NCBI GenBank assembly: GCA_051294905.1
Contig: CM119371.1
Coordinates: 20,338,001-20,402,000 of the forward strand
Reading direction: 5' to 3'
DNA: 64,000 nucleotides
Source: Botryllus schlosseri
Lineage: Eukaryota
Both the position numbers and the translations under genes were made by a program. Every line of letters starts with the position of its first letter. The stretch's first letter is position 1. The notes under the pieces were generated by a model, which ran no database searches, was not told the origin of the DNA, and saw only the letters and a program-made list of their open reading frames with translations. Below are positions 31,940-47,042 of the stretch, in pieces.

Positions 31940-34280
31940 TCATGCAAAATGTTACCCGGCAGGTATAGGCGCCAACCCCCGCGTAAACAAATGCATTGGA
32001 GCCGAAGAGAAAACTCGGCCTTGAAACGACTGTGTATCTATATTGGCCATTGCATCATTTGCATATAGGCTACTCGGTTTACAGTTTACACGAATGTGAT
32101 GTCTGTGCGGAATACAGTGTGCCGAGGACGGTGAACCCTTTCGTTTTGTTTTGCAGTGAATATTTTGGAGAACGGCCCCATCTGAGCACAGACGCACAGA
32201 CGTTTCTAAAGTCAAGTGCAATGCTTTTACTCCTAGTTGACCGGGAAACTGTTCATATTTACTTGACGTTATCATATTGACTGGAAGGGACACACGGCAT
32301 ATGATTTCCTGGTCACGCAATAAACACGTTCCATATGCACAAGTCATAGCAGCTAAGCACCATTTCGCATAAATACCCATCCATCCCACATATGACAAAT
32401 TTTAAAATATGCATCAAAACGCTACAATGTCAAAAAACAGTTTTTCCCTTCGAAATATTCTAATCGACATCCGAAATTTAAATCTTGCATGACTATGCCC
32501 CTGTGACTGATGCTGTTGCTACTGCTAAAAGGCGCTTTTGTCGGCTGATTAGGCTCGCGAAATAGTTTCCCAGTTTTTCAACATTATACAAAACTATTAT
32601 TATAGGGGTGCGTTTTGCATAGACATTGTCGCATATTTTCCAACGGGAAATATAAAATGAAAATAATTTCAATGATATGAGTAGACCTGTTCAAAATGTA
32701 TAATATGAAGGCCTGATCTCGTACCAACTGGACAGTGTAAATTCAGCTAAACGCTATACTCTTACCCCACAAGATTAAGTGACAGTAGTATCAGAAATGC
32801 AGCAGCCAACGTACTGATTATTGAAAACACTCAGCATCCTGTCAGCTTGAGAAAGGATATCCTACAAATATATAAGTATATTCTCAATATCACTACTATA
32901 TCCTAAATATTCATAGGTGGTCATACGAAAAATACTTCTACGAAAGTACTCCGAGCAGGTTTCGCCTCATTGAATTACTTGGCTATCACAATTCCAACCT
33001 GATATTTGACAGTTCATTCTACCTTTCATCATTTCAGAAAAGCAACATATTTATGTATTTCTATTAATGATCGGGCTCATATAACGCGTGCTATTCCCAT
33101 AGGCTTAGAAACAACGCCTTTCATTTTTCTGCATCAACATCAAAAACCTTTTCAAACAGTATTGGGTCTGAGGCTTATTTCGACGTCGGGAATGTCTTTT
33201 CTATCACGCGTACAGGTATTTATAGCAGTGCAAATTGCACAATATCCAATTCGAGAGAACTGCTTCAAATTTTAAAAAAGTGGATTTTGTTTGAGAACGC
33301 GACCAGCAGAACTATATCTGTGGTTTTCCACTCACTCAGCAATGAATTCAGCTGTCTTATCATACATATGCACGTAAATGTAGGCGTTGAAAGTTCTCGA
33401 TTTAGTGATATTTGCTGGACTCCACGTATGCCTTCCGACAGACGACCTATAGTTGATATAAACTAGAGGCATAGAACCTCTTCAATCACGTATTTATCTA
33501 CCCATATAAAACATAATTGAATTTTAATGTAAACTTCAAGTTTAAAGCATATATAGACCAAAATAGTCTTCACCGTATTTACCAACGTAGTGTACCTCAA
33601 TATCTGCTGATGTCATTGAGACACATGTGGTCCATCGAAGTTGTGAACAAGTTTTTTGAACTCTGGCTACATGTCAGACGTAAAAATGGAAAAGCCCTTT
33701 GTGACGGAGCATGACATAGGCCTACTTGTTACGCGACCAAAAACCGAAAACAAAGAATCGAAGAACAAAAATAACCTAAGAATAAGCTACTACGGTCACT
33801 ATAATTCGAAGTAGTAAGCAAGAAGGGGGGATTTCGTCAGACTGTGAAGTATCGTCGGCGATGGAACTTTAGCCACTGATCGCGCATGGTGGCCCTTTCC
33901 TTACATTTAGGGTCCTACGACAATATGCGACCAGCAGAGCGAAATTATGCGCCCCGTGAATAAACGCAAACCAGGAATAGCGCGCGGCCCAACAAAGAAG
34001 TTTTTCTATTACTTGGTTGTGGTACGTGTGAGCGATCTTTTGAGTAGTGACAACTATCTTTGGAGGCAATGAAATAACAGAATAATCAAACTAAGAAATT
34101 ACTGACAATTGGCGAGTTCGACCCTCACCCTCGAGAAACCTATGAATGTCTCACCGTATGGGATGAACTTCAACAATGAACATAATATATAGCTCAAAGT
34201 GTGTAATTTCGTTTGTTTTTATCAGCTCTACGGGTAAATCTGATAATGATAACGTAGCCTGTATACAACATGCAAGTAAC
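31940..34280 (-). pseudogene. Decayed RNase H-bearing non-LTR retrotransposon (LINE), copy A; 3' segment (31940-32390) inverted
   Basis: Colinear with 54640-57330. The + strand 31996-32280 encodes a LINE C-terminal-like segment and ends in a CCATCCATCC-like tail; the minus strand carries frameshifted RT-like motifs. Confidence 0.5.
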
Positions 34281-35077
34281 AATAGTATTGACCAATTTTA
34301 TTATTTACCTTTAAAACTTTTCGCGCTTGGCGCGGAAGTGCGGATCCTGTGAGTTTCCGTAGCATCATTATTCTAACATACCATAACGTCTGTGCGTGAA
34401 ATGTAAGTGTAAATATCTCCCATAAGTTGAGTTAATCATCGAAGAAGGATCAAAGACGATCGTTTAACTGCGTTTTTCATAAATCTTCAAACGGCGAAAC
34501 ACGCGGGCTGTATGTCTCCTGCTCCTGATATAAATCATGTGCTTTATGGCTGCGGTAAAAGCGTTTTCATACAAACCACATACTGGGGCAAACATTCTCT
34601 CCGTTATTCGTTTATACTGTCGTTTCGTCATGAGTAAAATATATCATGCTTACTACAATGGTAGCTCTAGTAGCCTAGTCAGCCAGTCTCGCCAGTTGCT
34701 TTGGTGTCTTTGTTGTAAATCTGGTGTAACTCAAAGACACCGATTTTAAATGGATGAACAGCTCAAATATTATATTTTTATCATATATTTGCAGTCGTTT
34801 TAGCGCTGCAAAGGCCAACAAATCTTCAATTAAATACACATAATACAGCCAGCTCTTCGAGTACTTATTTTAAAAGCACTCTGGTACCCACTAGTGGTCG
34901 GCTTAGCACAGTTCTAATGGCATTGCGTCTGATGGTGTATTTGTCGAGTAGATTGCAGAATTGACGCTTGCGCTCTCTTAAGTACAATACCTTCGTACGA
35001 AATTCATTCACTGAATTTTCGCGCTCTGCTGCAACATTAACGAAGGCTATATTTCATCAATACATTCGGAATGTGAG

Positions 35078-36569
35078 CAATGTTCCCTCTAATATTTCAC
35101 GAGTCTGCGCAAACAGGTTAACTTACTGCGCAGGCCCTTGGACAATAGTGCGCAATCAGCCCCCAACATAAGGTGATAAACTGAACTTCTGGGGGGATTC
35201 GCCCCCCAGACCCCCCTATCGGACTCTGCGCTTTTTGCCAATACTTATCCTCTACATCGGGGGCCGGTTGGGAGGTTGTCTCGCCTGAACGCGCGAGGCG
35301 CGAAAATTTTATACGATTCATGATTGAATCGGTCAATATGATCGGGAATTGCACATATCTATTGCTATCCATTTTTATCCTCGCTCTGCTCACATAATCA
35401 AATTTACCGGTAAAGCTGATCGAGTGAGGTGTGTTAGAAAAGGTAGGTCCTCTAAATATTAATTAAACATCTTCGGGTGCACCCGTTGGTATAATGACTT
35501 CGTTACATGATGCTATTTCGTGACCTCCTATTGGCTATGTCAAAAGACATTGAAATCGCTCAAACGTACTAAACTAAAACACGAACACGATTTAAAATTG
35601 GTATTTCTCTACTCGCAAATAATGTTCCCTCGACATGGCATTTGTCTTGTTGTGGGACTCGGATCGCCAGCACATAAACATTCAGCGCCAGCCATTTACG
35701 CGCCTATGGACAATTAAACTTATATGTATGAATCGAAGTTTTTGGTCAGCATATAGGGCAGTCCTTTTCGGCCAAGGTTTTCTAGCTGCTGATCGTTTTG
35801 GCGCACTTCTCGGAGTCGCATGTCACATGGCCTATAACTTCATATGTCTTGGTGCGTCGTGGCAAAGTAATGGCCGACGCCCAAGTGCCCATTTCTCATC
35901 ACGCGTATTTTTTGTTGTGGGAAGGGTACCCAATAATCAAGATATTTGACAAAATTAATTCGCGCGCGCGCGAAAAATATTTTGAAAAATTCCGAAAAAA
36001 TACACCATGATATGTGTTAATTCACGAAATAATTTTGGGCTTCCTTCGATCTCGGTCCCCTAATTGATGGTTTTGGGTGCGGCAGTTACGGTCCTGAGGA
36101 AATCTTACGCAATGTTCATGACACGCGAAGTAGACTATGCGCTAGTTTCTCGCAGATTAACTTCGAGCTAGCCCATTGTTATTTATAACTTTGTTAAACC
36201 ATGTTATTTCGCCATACCCAGAAAATAATGCGCTAATCGCTCAAGCGTACGAGACCATACTAAAAAAAAACATTTTTCGTTGGGCGCTCGTTATTGCAAA
36301 TTCTCATTTCTTAACGGAGCGCAATATTTACTTTTGCGGGCCGCACTTGTACCGCGGTGTAAGACTTCAGCGATAACACTATTTGCCCCTGGCAATGTTC
36401 CCTCTAATTTTTCACGAGTTTGCGCGCCTGCGTGGTCCCTTGGACAACAGTGCGCAACGACTTAAAAAAACGTCACTTCGGATTTTTGTGCGCAACTTAG
36501 ATTTTCTGTGCGCAGAGACCGCTTCAGCACTGCGCATTTGCGCACGTGTGCAACATAGAGGGAACATTG
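35078..36569. mobile_element. hAT-type non-autonomous element with a duplicated left end at 36393
   Basis: TIRs CAATGTTCCCTCTA/TAGAGGGAACATTG; TSD AATGTGAG/AATGTGAA. Confidence 0.7.
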
Positions 36570-36849
36570 AATGTGAAGCTCTGAGCTCAGTTTTATTCAG
36601 ACACATTTATCCCGTTCGATACGGCCTCAGTGGTGAATGAATATCGCAATTGTATAATGCTGCGGCCAGCTGCGTCTATCCGTACTAGGAAATGCTACCA
36701 GTGTCGATTGCTCATATCGTTGCTTGGTTGCAGTCAGATTGGCATCATGTTTATTCAGTAGTGAATTCCGTTTTAAGTCTCATGCGATTGTGCAATTGTA
36801 ATAATATTGGAGTGTATACTGGTAAGAATTTTAGAACTACACTATAGAT

Positions 36850-38010
36850 CAGGGGCGGGCAACATACGGCCCGCGGGCTGGATCTGACCCGCGAAGGGAT
36901 TTTGTCCGGCCCGCGGACAGTTTTCCATCTTACATGATAATGTGACCCGCGGCCCCAGTCTGCCTACATTCCCCACTATTTGCTCAGTACGTCAAAATCT
37001 AGTGACTGTATGTTATTATATACGTGTATGCGCAGCGTGCGAGAGTGGAGCGTACGCTCGTCGAAGCGAGAAGACTTGCATTATCTGTGGCGAGATAGCG
37101 TAGGGGTATAATCCCCTGCTACAACATCAATGGGTTGTGGGTTCGAGTCCGACCGCGGTCGACTCCAGAATTCCTACCTAAGTGTTGCAGGTTTATCTAG
37201 GCTTCTCCTCGCCATCTCATTCGCGTAATCGGTGTCTTACAAAAAGCCTAGAAGTGGGCGGTGCTACAAGTCGGCAGATACGGAATCAAAAACAAGGAAT
37301 ATCGGGCTGGTTTAAATGACCACAGTAGTCGACGAACACCACAGGTACCACAAACAACCACAACTTGCATTATTGGTATTTACGATGTACTCAAACCTAA
37401 TGTCATTTGTTTTAATCGCGGTGTTTGTCGACTACAATGGCTATTTACACCAGGCTGATATTTCTTATCTTTAATTCCGTGACCGCCGACTTGTAGCACG
37501 GCACATTTCTATAGACTTTTGTGAGACACCGCTCATGCCAGGGGTTGCTAACTCAAAACGGGTCGAGGGCCACTTTTCAAATTTCGTAGAGGACGCGGGC
37601 ATTCATTCAATATCAAGATTAATTAGGCCATACAGTTGAACAACGGCGCTATCTCGTCACCTACTCAACCTTAATGAATTGATACCTTGATAAATTTGGG
37701 GTACCGGTCTTAACGAACGCCTTGAAATCCTAATTGAGGATTGCACCGTGTGTTGATTGATCATATAGAAACAGACACGGCGGAGCCTGTATGTCAATGC
37801 TATTCTCAAATCCACATTGTCTTCGTCATTATAGGCGAGAAATTGCTTTGAAGTGACATTGCTGTCGTTAAAATGCATTAATTAAATACGATTTATTCCT
37901 TGTATATGTGGATTAAACGGGCGAATAATGTATCGATTTAGCAATCCGGCCCGCCAAGTACTTAATTTTCCTACATCCGGCCCGCCGACTGCAGAAGTTG
38001 CCCGCCCCTG
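36850..38010. mobile_element. hAT (Charlie-like) non-autonomous element with nested SINE
   Basis: TIRs CAGGGGCGGGCAAC/GTTGCCCGCCCCTG; TSD CTATAGAT/CTATAGAC; subterminal CGGCCCGC motifs. Confidence 0.85.
37086..37300 (+). mobile_element. tRNA-derived SINE
   Basis: Box A-like TGGCGAGATAGCG and box B GGTTCGAGTCC (37140-37150). Body is shared with 30477-30700 and with an inverted fragment at ~37460-37535. Confidence 0.55.
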
Positions 38011-39467
38011 CTATAGACTTTCCATGACGCTATAAGAATCAGCCACACGAGCGAATAGCACACGTGAGATTTTATCAAGCCATTCATGGTATATGGAAAT
38101 ACTGTACCTGTACCTGTATCCGACAGGATAGCGTAATGGTGAAGCGGGTTCGATCAAAAGCCGGGACACCCCAAAGATCCGAATAAAAACACTGATATCC
38201 ATGACCTCTCTGCTTGACGCTCTTGCATTACTGGGATAGCATTGGAGGGGGGTGCAAGACTTAGAGAGCCGTCAAAGGCTATATCTGCTCCTTGCTTGTC
38301 CAGCGGCATATGCACATCGTGCACTCATGGTATACATACACACAGATCGTGTGTATGTGTATCATCATACGTTGTTAATGCCGCAAAAACATCAAGGACA
38401 AAAATATACTACGTCCTTTCCGTATTGGTATCTCATCGATAAGTCGAAATCAATGCCTTCAGTGTGTGATCCAACTGTCATACTGGTAGTGGAAGATGAC
38501 CGTGGAGTAGATAGGTCTACAATTCACTCCAAGGCAGTATTACATGGTATAAGCGAGGTAAATGGTGTCGTTATCTATTTCAATATTGAGAAAATGCTAT
38601 GGGTCATTGACCATACGATTTAAAATGCGAACAGCATCCTTGTGACGGTATTCACGAGCTATTCACTTAATTCACGCTCTACCTGTGTATACCTGCACAG
38701 TTATTCCTTCTATATAGTGTTCTATGTACAGTCCTAACATATCCTCCTAAAATTTGTTTTATAACGGCCTAAACTTGGGTTCTAACTCAACTATCAGCGG
38801 CAAATATTTGCTTGCGAATTTTATGATCATATACCACGTAGAGAAAAACCATTAGGCCCTGTCCAGTCGCATGTTAAAACGGCTAGATGACGTCAGATTT
38901 GCGATGGATTAGGATTTGCGATGATATTCAAACGGTGGTTAAATGTGGACTTTCGATGATACATCACGGTTCGACCGAAAAAGCGTGATCATGATCACGT
39001 AACGCCGATTCTTTGATCCGGAATAAGTACCATGTCGTGCTTTCTAGCTCGTTTCCCAATAACCACCAAAATCTGTACGAATACAATGTGCGGCACGAGA
39101 ACACCTGACAATAGCGACATTCTGCCATCCGCATAACGGCTTGAACACCAAGTCAAATCGAACATGAAACCAGCAGGCCATCTGTTACGTCAGAATGGTA
39201 CAAATGACCGAACTGGTGACGTTCTCAATCAGATTGAAGTTTGATGTTTTAATTCTCTTATCAAAGGAAATTACATCTTGCATTTTGAACTTGAGGTATA
39301 AAATTCTGATATATCTAGCGGACCGGCAGATAAGTCACCGCGTACCAGCGTTTAGAAACCGCCGATCTAGATGGAAGTATTGAGCCTGCTGAACATGTTA
39401 ATTCACCCGTGTGTGTAAAAGAAAATGTCCTCATTTTCAATTTCGTAGCATAGACACCAATCTAGTG

Positions 39468-39675
39468 CAGTGGTTTCGCAACTTTGTGGACTCAACGCAC
39501 CCTTATCACGCTCAACATGTCATTATCTCCATCCTAGAATAAGTATAGATGCCATCAGTAATATTATCCTTCTATTTTTCCGTATGATTCGAAAAAGTTG
39601 AATCCACTCAAGTAGTTTTGATTGTGTTCGTCTTCCCAACTATGGGGCGATATTGCCCACTTTTAGGAACCACTG
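39468..39675. mobile_element. hAT-type MITE
   Basis: CAGTGGTTTC...GGAACCACTG; TSD ATCTAGTG/ATCTAGTA. Confidence 0.7.
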
Positions 39676-41869
39676 ATCTAGTACTTTGTTGTGAACTTTG
39701 AGTATCAACCCTGCTTCAGACATGTAGACGACCAGTACTGTTGCAGAAAGAACCTTTTATTTAGAGGTAGCCTAAACGACAGATGACAAATATTTATGTG
39801 CTTTTGCCTATTCCGGGGAGATTACCAAATGACGTGCGAAGCAGTGACCTGATCGTTTGTCATATAACACGAGAATTGGGTAATCCTATCTCGAGTGAGC
39901 AAGAATTCATACGCTGTATTTCTGCATTCCGTGACAACGGGATCGTTCAATCCACTTCGGGTCAAAACGAAATCAGATATACATCGTATCTGTTAGAGTG
40001 GTTCCGACTGGCAAGCAGCACCGTGACGAAACATTCGACAACCCGTCAGCGATGTACGACAACGAAGGGCTCTTAGATTGTGTCAATATCGAACCATGAT
40101 TTTGAATTATTATGTAAAAATGTGTTTTTCTTGGAACTAATGGCAGAGATCCGTTGCTGCCACATATCAACTGCCACATATCAAATACCAATATCAAATA
40201 TGAAACTGAAACACCGATGTCGACAACATATTTGTCAATGACTTTACGCTAGGTGGGAGTGTTGGCTGGTGATTCCCAAGCGTCGCTGGAATGAAAAAGG
40301 GCGAAAAACTACGGATGGATATTTTCACGACATATTGTAAAAGATGTGTTAATAGCAGCGCGAAAATTTCAGGTCTATTTTCAGCCAATAATCCGAACAG
40401 GTCATCAACAAATATCTCTACCCAATTTCCATGTCACACATCTTTCGGTGCGAGCACCTGCCATCGTTTCTTACGATTCCATATTATTTAACATTTCTTG
40501 TTAATTTTTGTTAGATCTCGCTGACTCGAGTTGTCATAGTAAATTTCCATGTCGTATAGTTACATTGCTGAAAGAAAAAAGAACAGGGATGCTCGCAACA
40601 ACGTTGTTGGCCGTCGGAATTCGTTTTTCCGATATTTACCGCTGCGAAGAACGGTAGATATTGAACCATAATCTCGCAAGGTCGAAGACTGTGGGACATA
40701 TTTTTTGGTTATTTAATTTATATCTGGATGCTCTATCCACAAGTCGTTTCCCTCCCTTACATTGCCTTTGGCATTTGTCGATTCTTTGAATTACTAATAT
40801 CGTTACTAGGGCAAGTTTTTGTTGCACTAAAATCGCGAGAAAGTATAGCATTAAATTTTACCAAAAGTTGAATTTGTAATATTTGTTGAATTATTAGGGT
40901 ATGATATGCTCGAAACGTTCCGTTGTATAAACTATTACCAGCAGAGATGTCAAATTCGTTACCATGCCAGATATTACATTTTTCCCCGACACACATGAAG
41001 AAAATTACGCAATGCGGGAATAATTTTCCACAAAAGCCAAACAGCATAGCGATAACCACCTCCCCCTATTTAAAGCAAGTAGAATAACACACCCGAAACC
41101 CCCTAGTTCTGCAAATTCGACCCAAGGCATTACAGAAAGACTCACTCTTGGCGACTTTAACAAAATCAATAGCCTGAAAAAGGGGATTCAGAGAAAATGT
41201 AATCTTCGGCGGTCTTGCCTGGGCATTTGTGAAATATGTAGGCCGGGATTATATTCGTATACTGTCCGGATATTTTTATCTTGGCATTGTACATTGTATG
41301 TAGGGTTGCATTTAAAACAAAAACCAAATTAACACTAATATATTGAGAACGGGACCCTTGTTTAAGACATGATTTTATTGATTTTTCTGTAGCCATGACG
41401 TCACAATCTTTATTTGGGACGCCACATTGGATTGGCATACACAATTGAAAATGCAGGATAAATATGACTCCTTCGGCGAAGTGGGCTTTTGATCACTGTC
41501 AATAACAGAACAAAAATATCTTTAACAAGGACCAAATCGGTATGCATCATTTTACGGTAGCTGGTCATCATCATCAAAACACCCATTCCTTACTAATGAT
41601 CGTTATCTATACTTGCTATAACTGTTGAGCCGACGACGATGTCCCGGGTTCCAGCAACTCCACATCGTATTCGCCACCTATGTCTTGTTTAAATCGTCCG
41701 TAAGCTCATACTACAAGTTTTTCGAAATTATTTACGCAATTATGGCATAAATATACAACGTTCTATGAAACATAAATTCTATCTTCAAAAAGGCACTTGT
41801 TTAAAATACTTTTCGAAATATGATTTAATCAAAGTGTTCAAAAATGCCGTTTATTTGAAATGCAACCCT

Positions 41870-44230
41870 AATTGCATGTCATGAGAGGATGGAATGACTA
41901 CTTCATATGGCTTATGTCCAGTGCTTTCTCCAATATAAATCATGTGAAAATCTCATGACGACATGAGCACGTGAACAGAGTCCTGGAAGCGCCACAGTTG
42001 AATTAGTTGTGGGTTGCTAATGTAGTATGATTTTTGTTGTCAGGTACTTTGGAATTGGATGCCAGGGAGGTCATCACTTGGCGCTTAGCAGAACCATCTC
42101 AAACTAGACTAACACCCTACAATAATTCATGATGTTACATAGTTTATAGTCGGGATCACTTTATTTTGCAGCAAGCAATTTTCACATGAAACATTTTAGT
42201 GTAGACATGTATAAATTTTCCAAGGAAGACACTGCGAAATGAAGGTCCAAGCCAAGACGGCAGCAATTTGTCACCGCATCGTATAGGCTGGGTTTCAAGC
42301 TCTATATTAATTTGTAAAGGATGTCACTTATTTGAGTCTTCGACATACGTAGTGATTATCGGATGAGTCGGATAGGAACCAAGGTTGACGATATTGTAAT
42401 TATAGTAAACATAATATGTAGTAAACAATGAATTTACAAACAAGGAAAGGTGCGAAAACCTAATCCAGAGTATGGACCAGGGGTGGCCAACCTGCGGCCA
42501 TAGAAGGAAATTTGTGCGGCCGTGGACACGTAATTCAATTAGTGTCTATGGGCGGCCGTCGACATGCAATTTGAATTTACGAATTCACTCCCGATTTCTG
42601 GGAAGATTTTCATTTATAGTTTTGAAATTTTCTTCGCGCTTCGCGCAATTCAATGTGACATTTTTCAATTTTAAAATAGTTGCGCTTTTTGGAATTGGAG
42701 CCCCACAGTACAGATGCGAACAGCAGATGATATTGGTGCGCTTCATATAGAAATATCTACTTGGAATCGTGTGCTCCTCACTATACCGACAATTCTGATA
42801 GTAGGCCAAGAAATAACAGCACGAAACAAAGTGTTTAATAACAATTGGCCCGCCCGAACATGCATCATCATTTATAATTTTGCCAAATTCTCGAAAACAC
42901 CCCCTCCATCAACTCTACCGTTGAATCTGATCACATGGGCTGAGAATGGGTAGAGTTTGATAGTAATATCTAAAACTACTAATATTAATGACGAAATTCA
43001 TTAGTGAATCTGCAAAAAAAAATTTCGCGCTCTGCGCGACTATTAACTTTCCCTTAACGTTTCCAGTCCCCACAAGCGCTTTCGGCTCGTATAGTCAGCC
43101 TATATAATTAAATAGATTACTCCGGAGTTCACCGGAAATGGCCATAGACACTTTAGCATGAGTATTTGGCGCCCGACTCGTTCATTACGACTATGCCCTG
43201 GAATGCGGCAGTATGCCACATGAGTAGTCGAAATGCGGCCGTGCGTGACAACAAAACTGGCCACGCCTGGTATAGACCTACATATATCGTAAACATATCA
43301 AAGTGACGGTAGTACAGTACAGCTTATGCCAAGTATTTATACATAACCATTGAACACACTACAGAAGCGCTGCAGCATCATGTATCACTGGTGGTCACTG
43401 GTCATGCTCAAGAACGAGGTACTTCTACTCCATCAGAGTGCTCAGGTATATGTTTTACAACTTGCGCTGCCTACTCAAGTAATTTTGTTCTAGTTCCACT
43501 AGTTCCACTTCCACACCAATAGTGTTTTTTTATGCTGAAGTAAACTACATTGCAATTCTTCAATGTTACCAAAAAGAAACTAGATCGTGGGGGTACGTGA
43601 ACAACTCTCATCAAGGAAATTCTCATAACAACTGATCTATCACGATAGCAGTGTACCAGTTTGAAAAGTTTGACCGATAAACGGCGCCGTCATTTATTCA
43701 TCATGAGTCACAAAAATGCATCATGAAAGTTTGAAAGGTTTCCCGGCGATTGACTTAAATGAGTCTTCAACGATTCACACAAATCCACATTACAAATACT
43801 CAATTTTCAAATATTTTGTACTTTTTATTACCTGTCAACTTATACTTCCACTCCATGTATTGTATCGCTCTAATTCTACGGTTATTTTATTACTAGTCAT
43901 GTGACATTATTGCTACGAGTACTTGGATAAGCGTGGAATAAACTTTAACCACCTGCGACATGTTAGTAGCTACTATGAAAAATCTCTCACCACTACATTC
44001 ATACAAACCGATAAGACAGCATAATTGAAAACATAGCGAATGCTAATATAATCACTTCTGGTCTATTACATTCCACCAAAACCAATATTTACATTGAAGA
44101 TGTCCTTGACATTGCACAGAAGCTCAATGTAAACCACAAATACCGAATCTTGTCAAATTGGTCATTTACTCTCTCGTAGACATGGCCTTAGAAGGCCTGT
44201 TCGCCAGGAAGTGCCGCACAAATTCCTGAA
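41870..44230. repeat. Duplicated block Y (copy A), unidentified decayed sequence
   Basis: Colinear similarity to 59240-60750 (e.g. TTTCTCCAATATAAATCA.GTGAAAATCTCATGA; CCACAAATACCGAATCTTGTCAAATTGGTCATTTACTCT). Confidence 0.8.
42478..43269. mobile_element. hAT MITE inserted in block Y
   Basis: CAGGGGTGGCCAAC...CTGGCCACGCCTG; TSD GTATGGAC/GTATAGAC. The empty site is visible in the paralogous block near 59831. Confidence 0.85.
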
Positions 44231-45713
44231 AAAAGGCCAGACCGACAATTAACTTCATCCGACAGCATGAGTTAATGCATATTGATACAAGCACTCTATT
44301 ATATTGTTACATATGCCGTGTATATGACGCGTACATGTGAACAGGTTAGATCGGGAACAATTGATATAGCCAATGTAGAAGTGCGGGGCCGATTGACAAA
44401 TTCTATGGTCTGATTCCGATCCCGTTTCTTCAACGCTCTGGTCCGACTATAAGCCGACCCCTATAGGCCGGATTACTGAAATGATCCGAGATCCGAGCCG
44501 ACAAAACTCCGATACTGATCATCTACGATTATCTATTGCTAAAAAATTACAAAAACATGAGATCTTAGTGTACGGGTTCATGTTATATATTTAGTATTGC
44601 AACAAATGAAGCGTGGCAATAAAACCTATGGGACTGTATTTAACTATAGATAACTAACCTACGGATAGATACGCAACACCCATCGTCACGCATTCTTGCC
44701 CGGAGGGAATGACTGCGCCGCAATATGAACGCAACATAATCGCCAATCACATACCTGACGACCTGCGTGCTTAAATTCAACAAAGTTGATCTTATCTGAA
44801 AGCTACTGTCGCACTGATTCCGAAAATATACCTTAAAATCCAATCAGGGCAATGGAACTCCCTTGAAATACACCTCAAAGTCTGAGAATCGGCATTGTTC
44901 TGAACATACGCAACCGCGCAAGGGCCATTGTTATGGTCATTGTACTACGTCGATGCGATTGTTTTGAACAATGCCTCAAAAGCGATTCTGACTCTATCAA
45001 AATAGTGATAATCCTGCTCCGAGAGTGACTCCGGCCTTATCAGAAAAAAATATGTAACCGGCTTTGATTCGGCTTCGGTCACAAATGAAAAGATATCCGG
45101 CAAAATGTCTAGTCCGGCTCCTATCCCTACCCGATTCTAAAATATAGAGACGCACACTCCAATAACAGGCCTGGTTTGCCGTAGCGCATGTGCCATTCGA
45201 GCTATTCCGTCCGAGCAAACCATATTAGCGCTCTTGGTTGATACAATGGTCACCGAAACGAAAATGTATGGAGGAACATCTATGAATATTTTGTTGGTGG
45301 TTTTAAGGTTGCTGATTAGGAGAATGAACTTACTTTTGGCAAGTTGTCACTGGTTTAGATAATACATATACCGATAAAAAGCCTACATTACTGCATTCAC
45401 CCCCTAAATATTTCAGCTGATGGAAAATAAATCGTAGTTTTTTTTTTACCATTATTCCCGCATCAATAGATAACACTGGGCAACAATTTTGAATGAAGAA
45501 TTTGTTGACTTCGATTTTGCACTTGATTGAGGCGAGAATATTGGTATGCTGATTACAAAAATGTCGCTGGTTTTCTTCTGTCACGTAAGTTTTTGTTGTA
45601 CAACATATATGCCCAAAATATGCAAATTTTCACGAATTTAGCCAAATTGCTTCTTCATACCTTATAGAAATCCACTATTTAATCATATAGCCTAATAAGT
45701 TTTATATCTAGGG

Positions 45714-47042
45714 CAGACCTGGGCCAAATGCGGCCCGCGGGCCAAATGCAGCCCGCGAAGCCATTCCGCGAAAGGTTGCTTGAATTTCATAACGTTAAAC
45801 CTGCTTTTTGAATGTTGATGCGTGGACTAAAACCATAGGCTGTATCAACTAAACAGGAATTTATTTTACGTTGGAGCCTGTTCATTAATATACCACGATT
45901 ACGCTGCCTACGTACCTCACATGCGTAATCCAGATATAAAATACAGGTAATGTGGTAAAGTATGAGTAGTAATTAAATTCACAAGAAATCACTCTTTTTA
46001 TATAGCTTAGGTCAAACCTTCTTTGTTGCCATTGTCACATTACGCATCATACGGTGAGTGTTTCAAATTGTTACGTGAGACGCTTCCAAATCCGTAATTC
46101 GTAAAACATGTCAATCAGTGCTCACGATTACTATATGACTCATCATATCTACCACCCATAAAAGATGAACGGACATGTCAAAAAGAGAAAGCCGAAAGCT
46201 GAAATTCAAAGAAAGTTTAGAGCACTAAATATTTGCATACTGGAGTTAGGAGTAAACCCGTCATTTTATTTTTTTTTCCGAGCATGTCGCCGAGATTAAG
46301 GATTTTAATTATGACAAAAACACGAAACACTCGGTCAAGGGATGGTGCATTTCAGAAAAACTGCAAGATTCGCTCAACATCAAGGCTATTTGAGCTGCAC
46401 AGTGCACACTGCACGGAATGCAGCGACCAAGACAATAAGTCTTGTACTATCCCACATACATTTCAGGCAGTGGTTCTCGTACTGGGGGGCGTGAAAGCAC
46501 CTGAAGGGACGCGCGAAGCCGAAGTTGAATGAAATTTTTTTTCGCGTTCCGCGCGATTTACCTCCAGTGTATATATTGCCAGTGTATTGCCCGAACTTGA
46601 TATTATATAATTCTCTCATCAACAATCATAACCTTCCGCGCCATGCCATCAAACAATTTGTCGGGATTGCTAGCATTCTGGTTGCTTTTTTAAATATGTT
46701 GTGATATCATGATAGGGGGTTGGGCGCGGAATTTTTGACTATCATAAAGGTGGGGCATGCCTAGAAAGTTTGAGAACCACTGTTTTAGTGTCTTAATGGA
46801 AGAACGTGGATAGGGGTTTAAAGAGAGTTTAAAATGCGTCATAATTACCATTGTTTCGAATCATGATTGCAAATAGATATTTTTAATTAACCGCCTATTT
46901 CTCATTGCCTACATCAACACATTCCCTGAGCAGCATTTAATAACAATGTAATTTAGAGATAAAATGAAAATGCAGGCCCGTCAACGTATGTTCTAGGCTA
47001 CTTTTCATTCGGCCTGCGGAGGAAAATAATTGCCCAACCCTG
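45714..47042. mobile_element. hAT non-autonomous element with nested MITE (46468-46782)
   Basis: CAGACCTGGGC...GCCCAACCCTG; perfect TSD ATCTAGGG; nested CAGTGGTTCTC...GAGAACCACTG. Confidence 0.8.

Noticed and set aside
37086..37160. tRNA gene
   Set aside because: Box A/B-like motifs are present but there is no convincing cloverleaf. It continues into a body repeated elsewhere, so it is a SINE.
38200..41100. Possible further LINE remnants
   Set aside because: Only faint motif hints, too degraded to support a call by eye.
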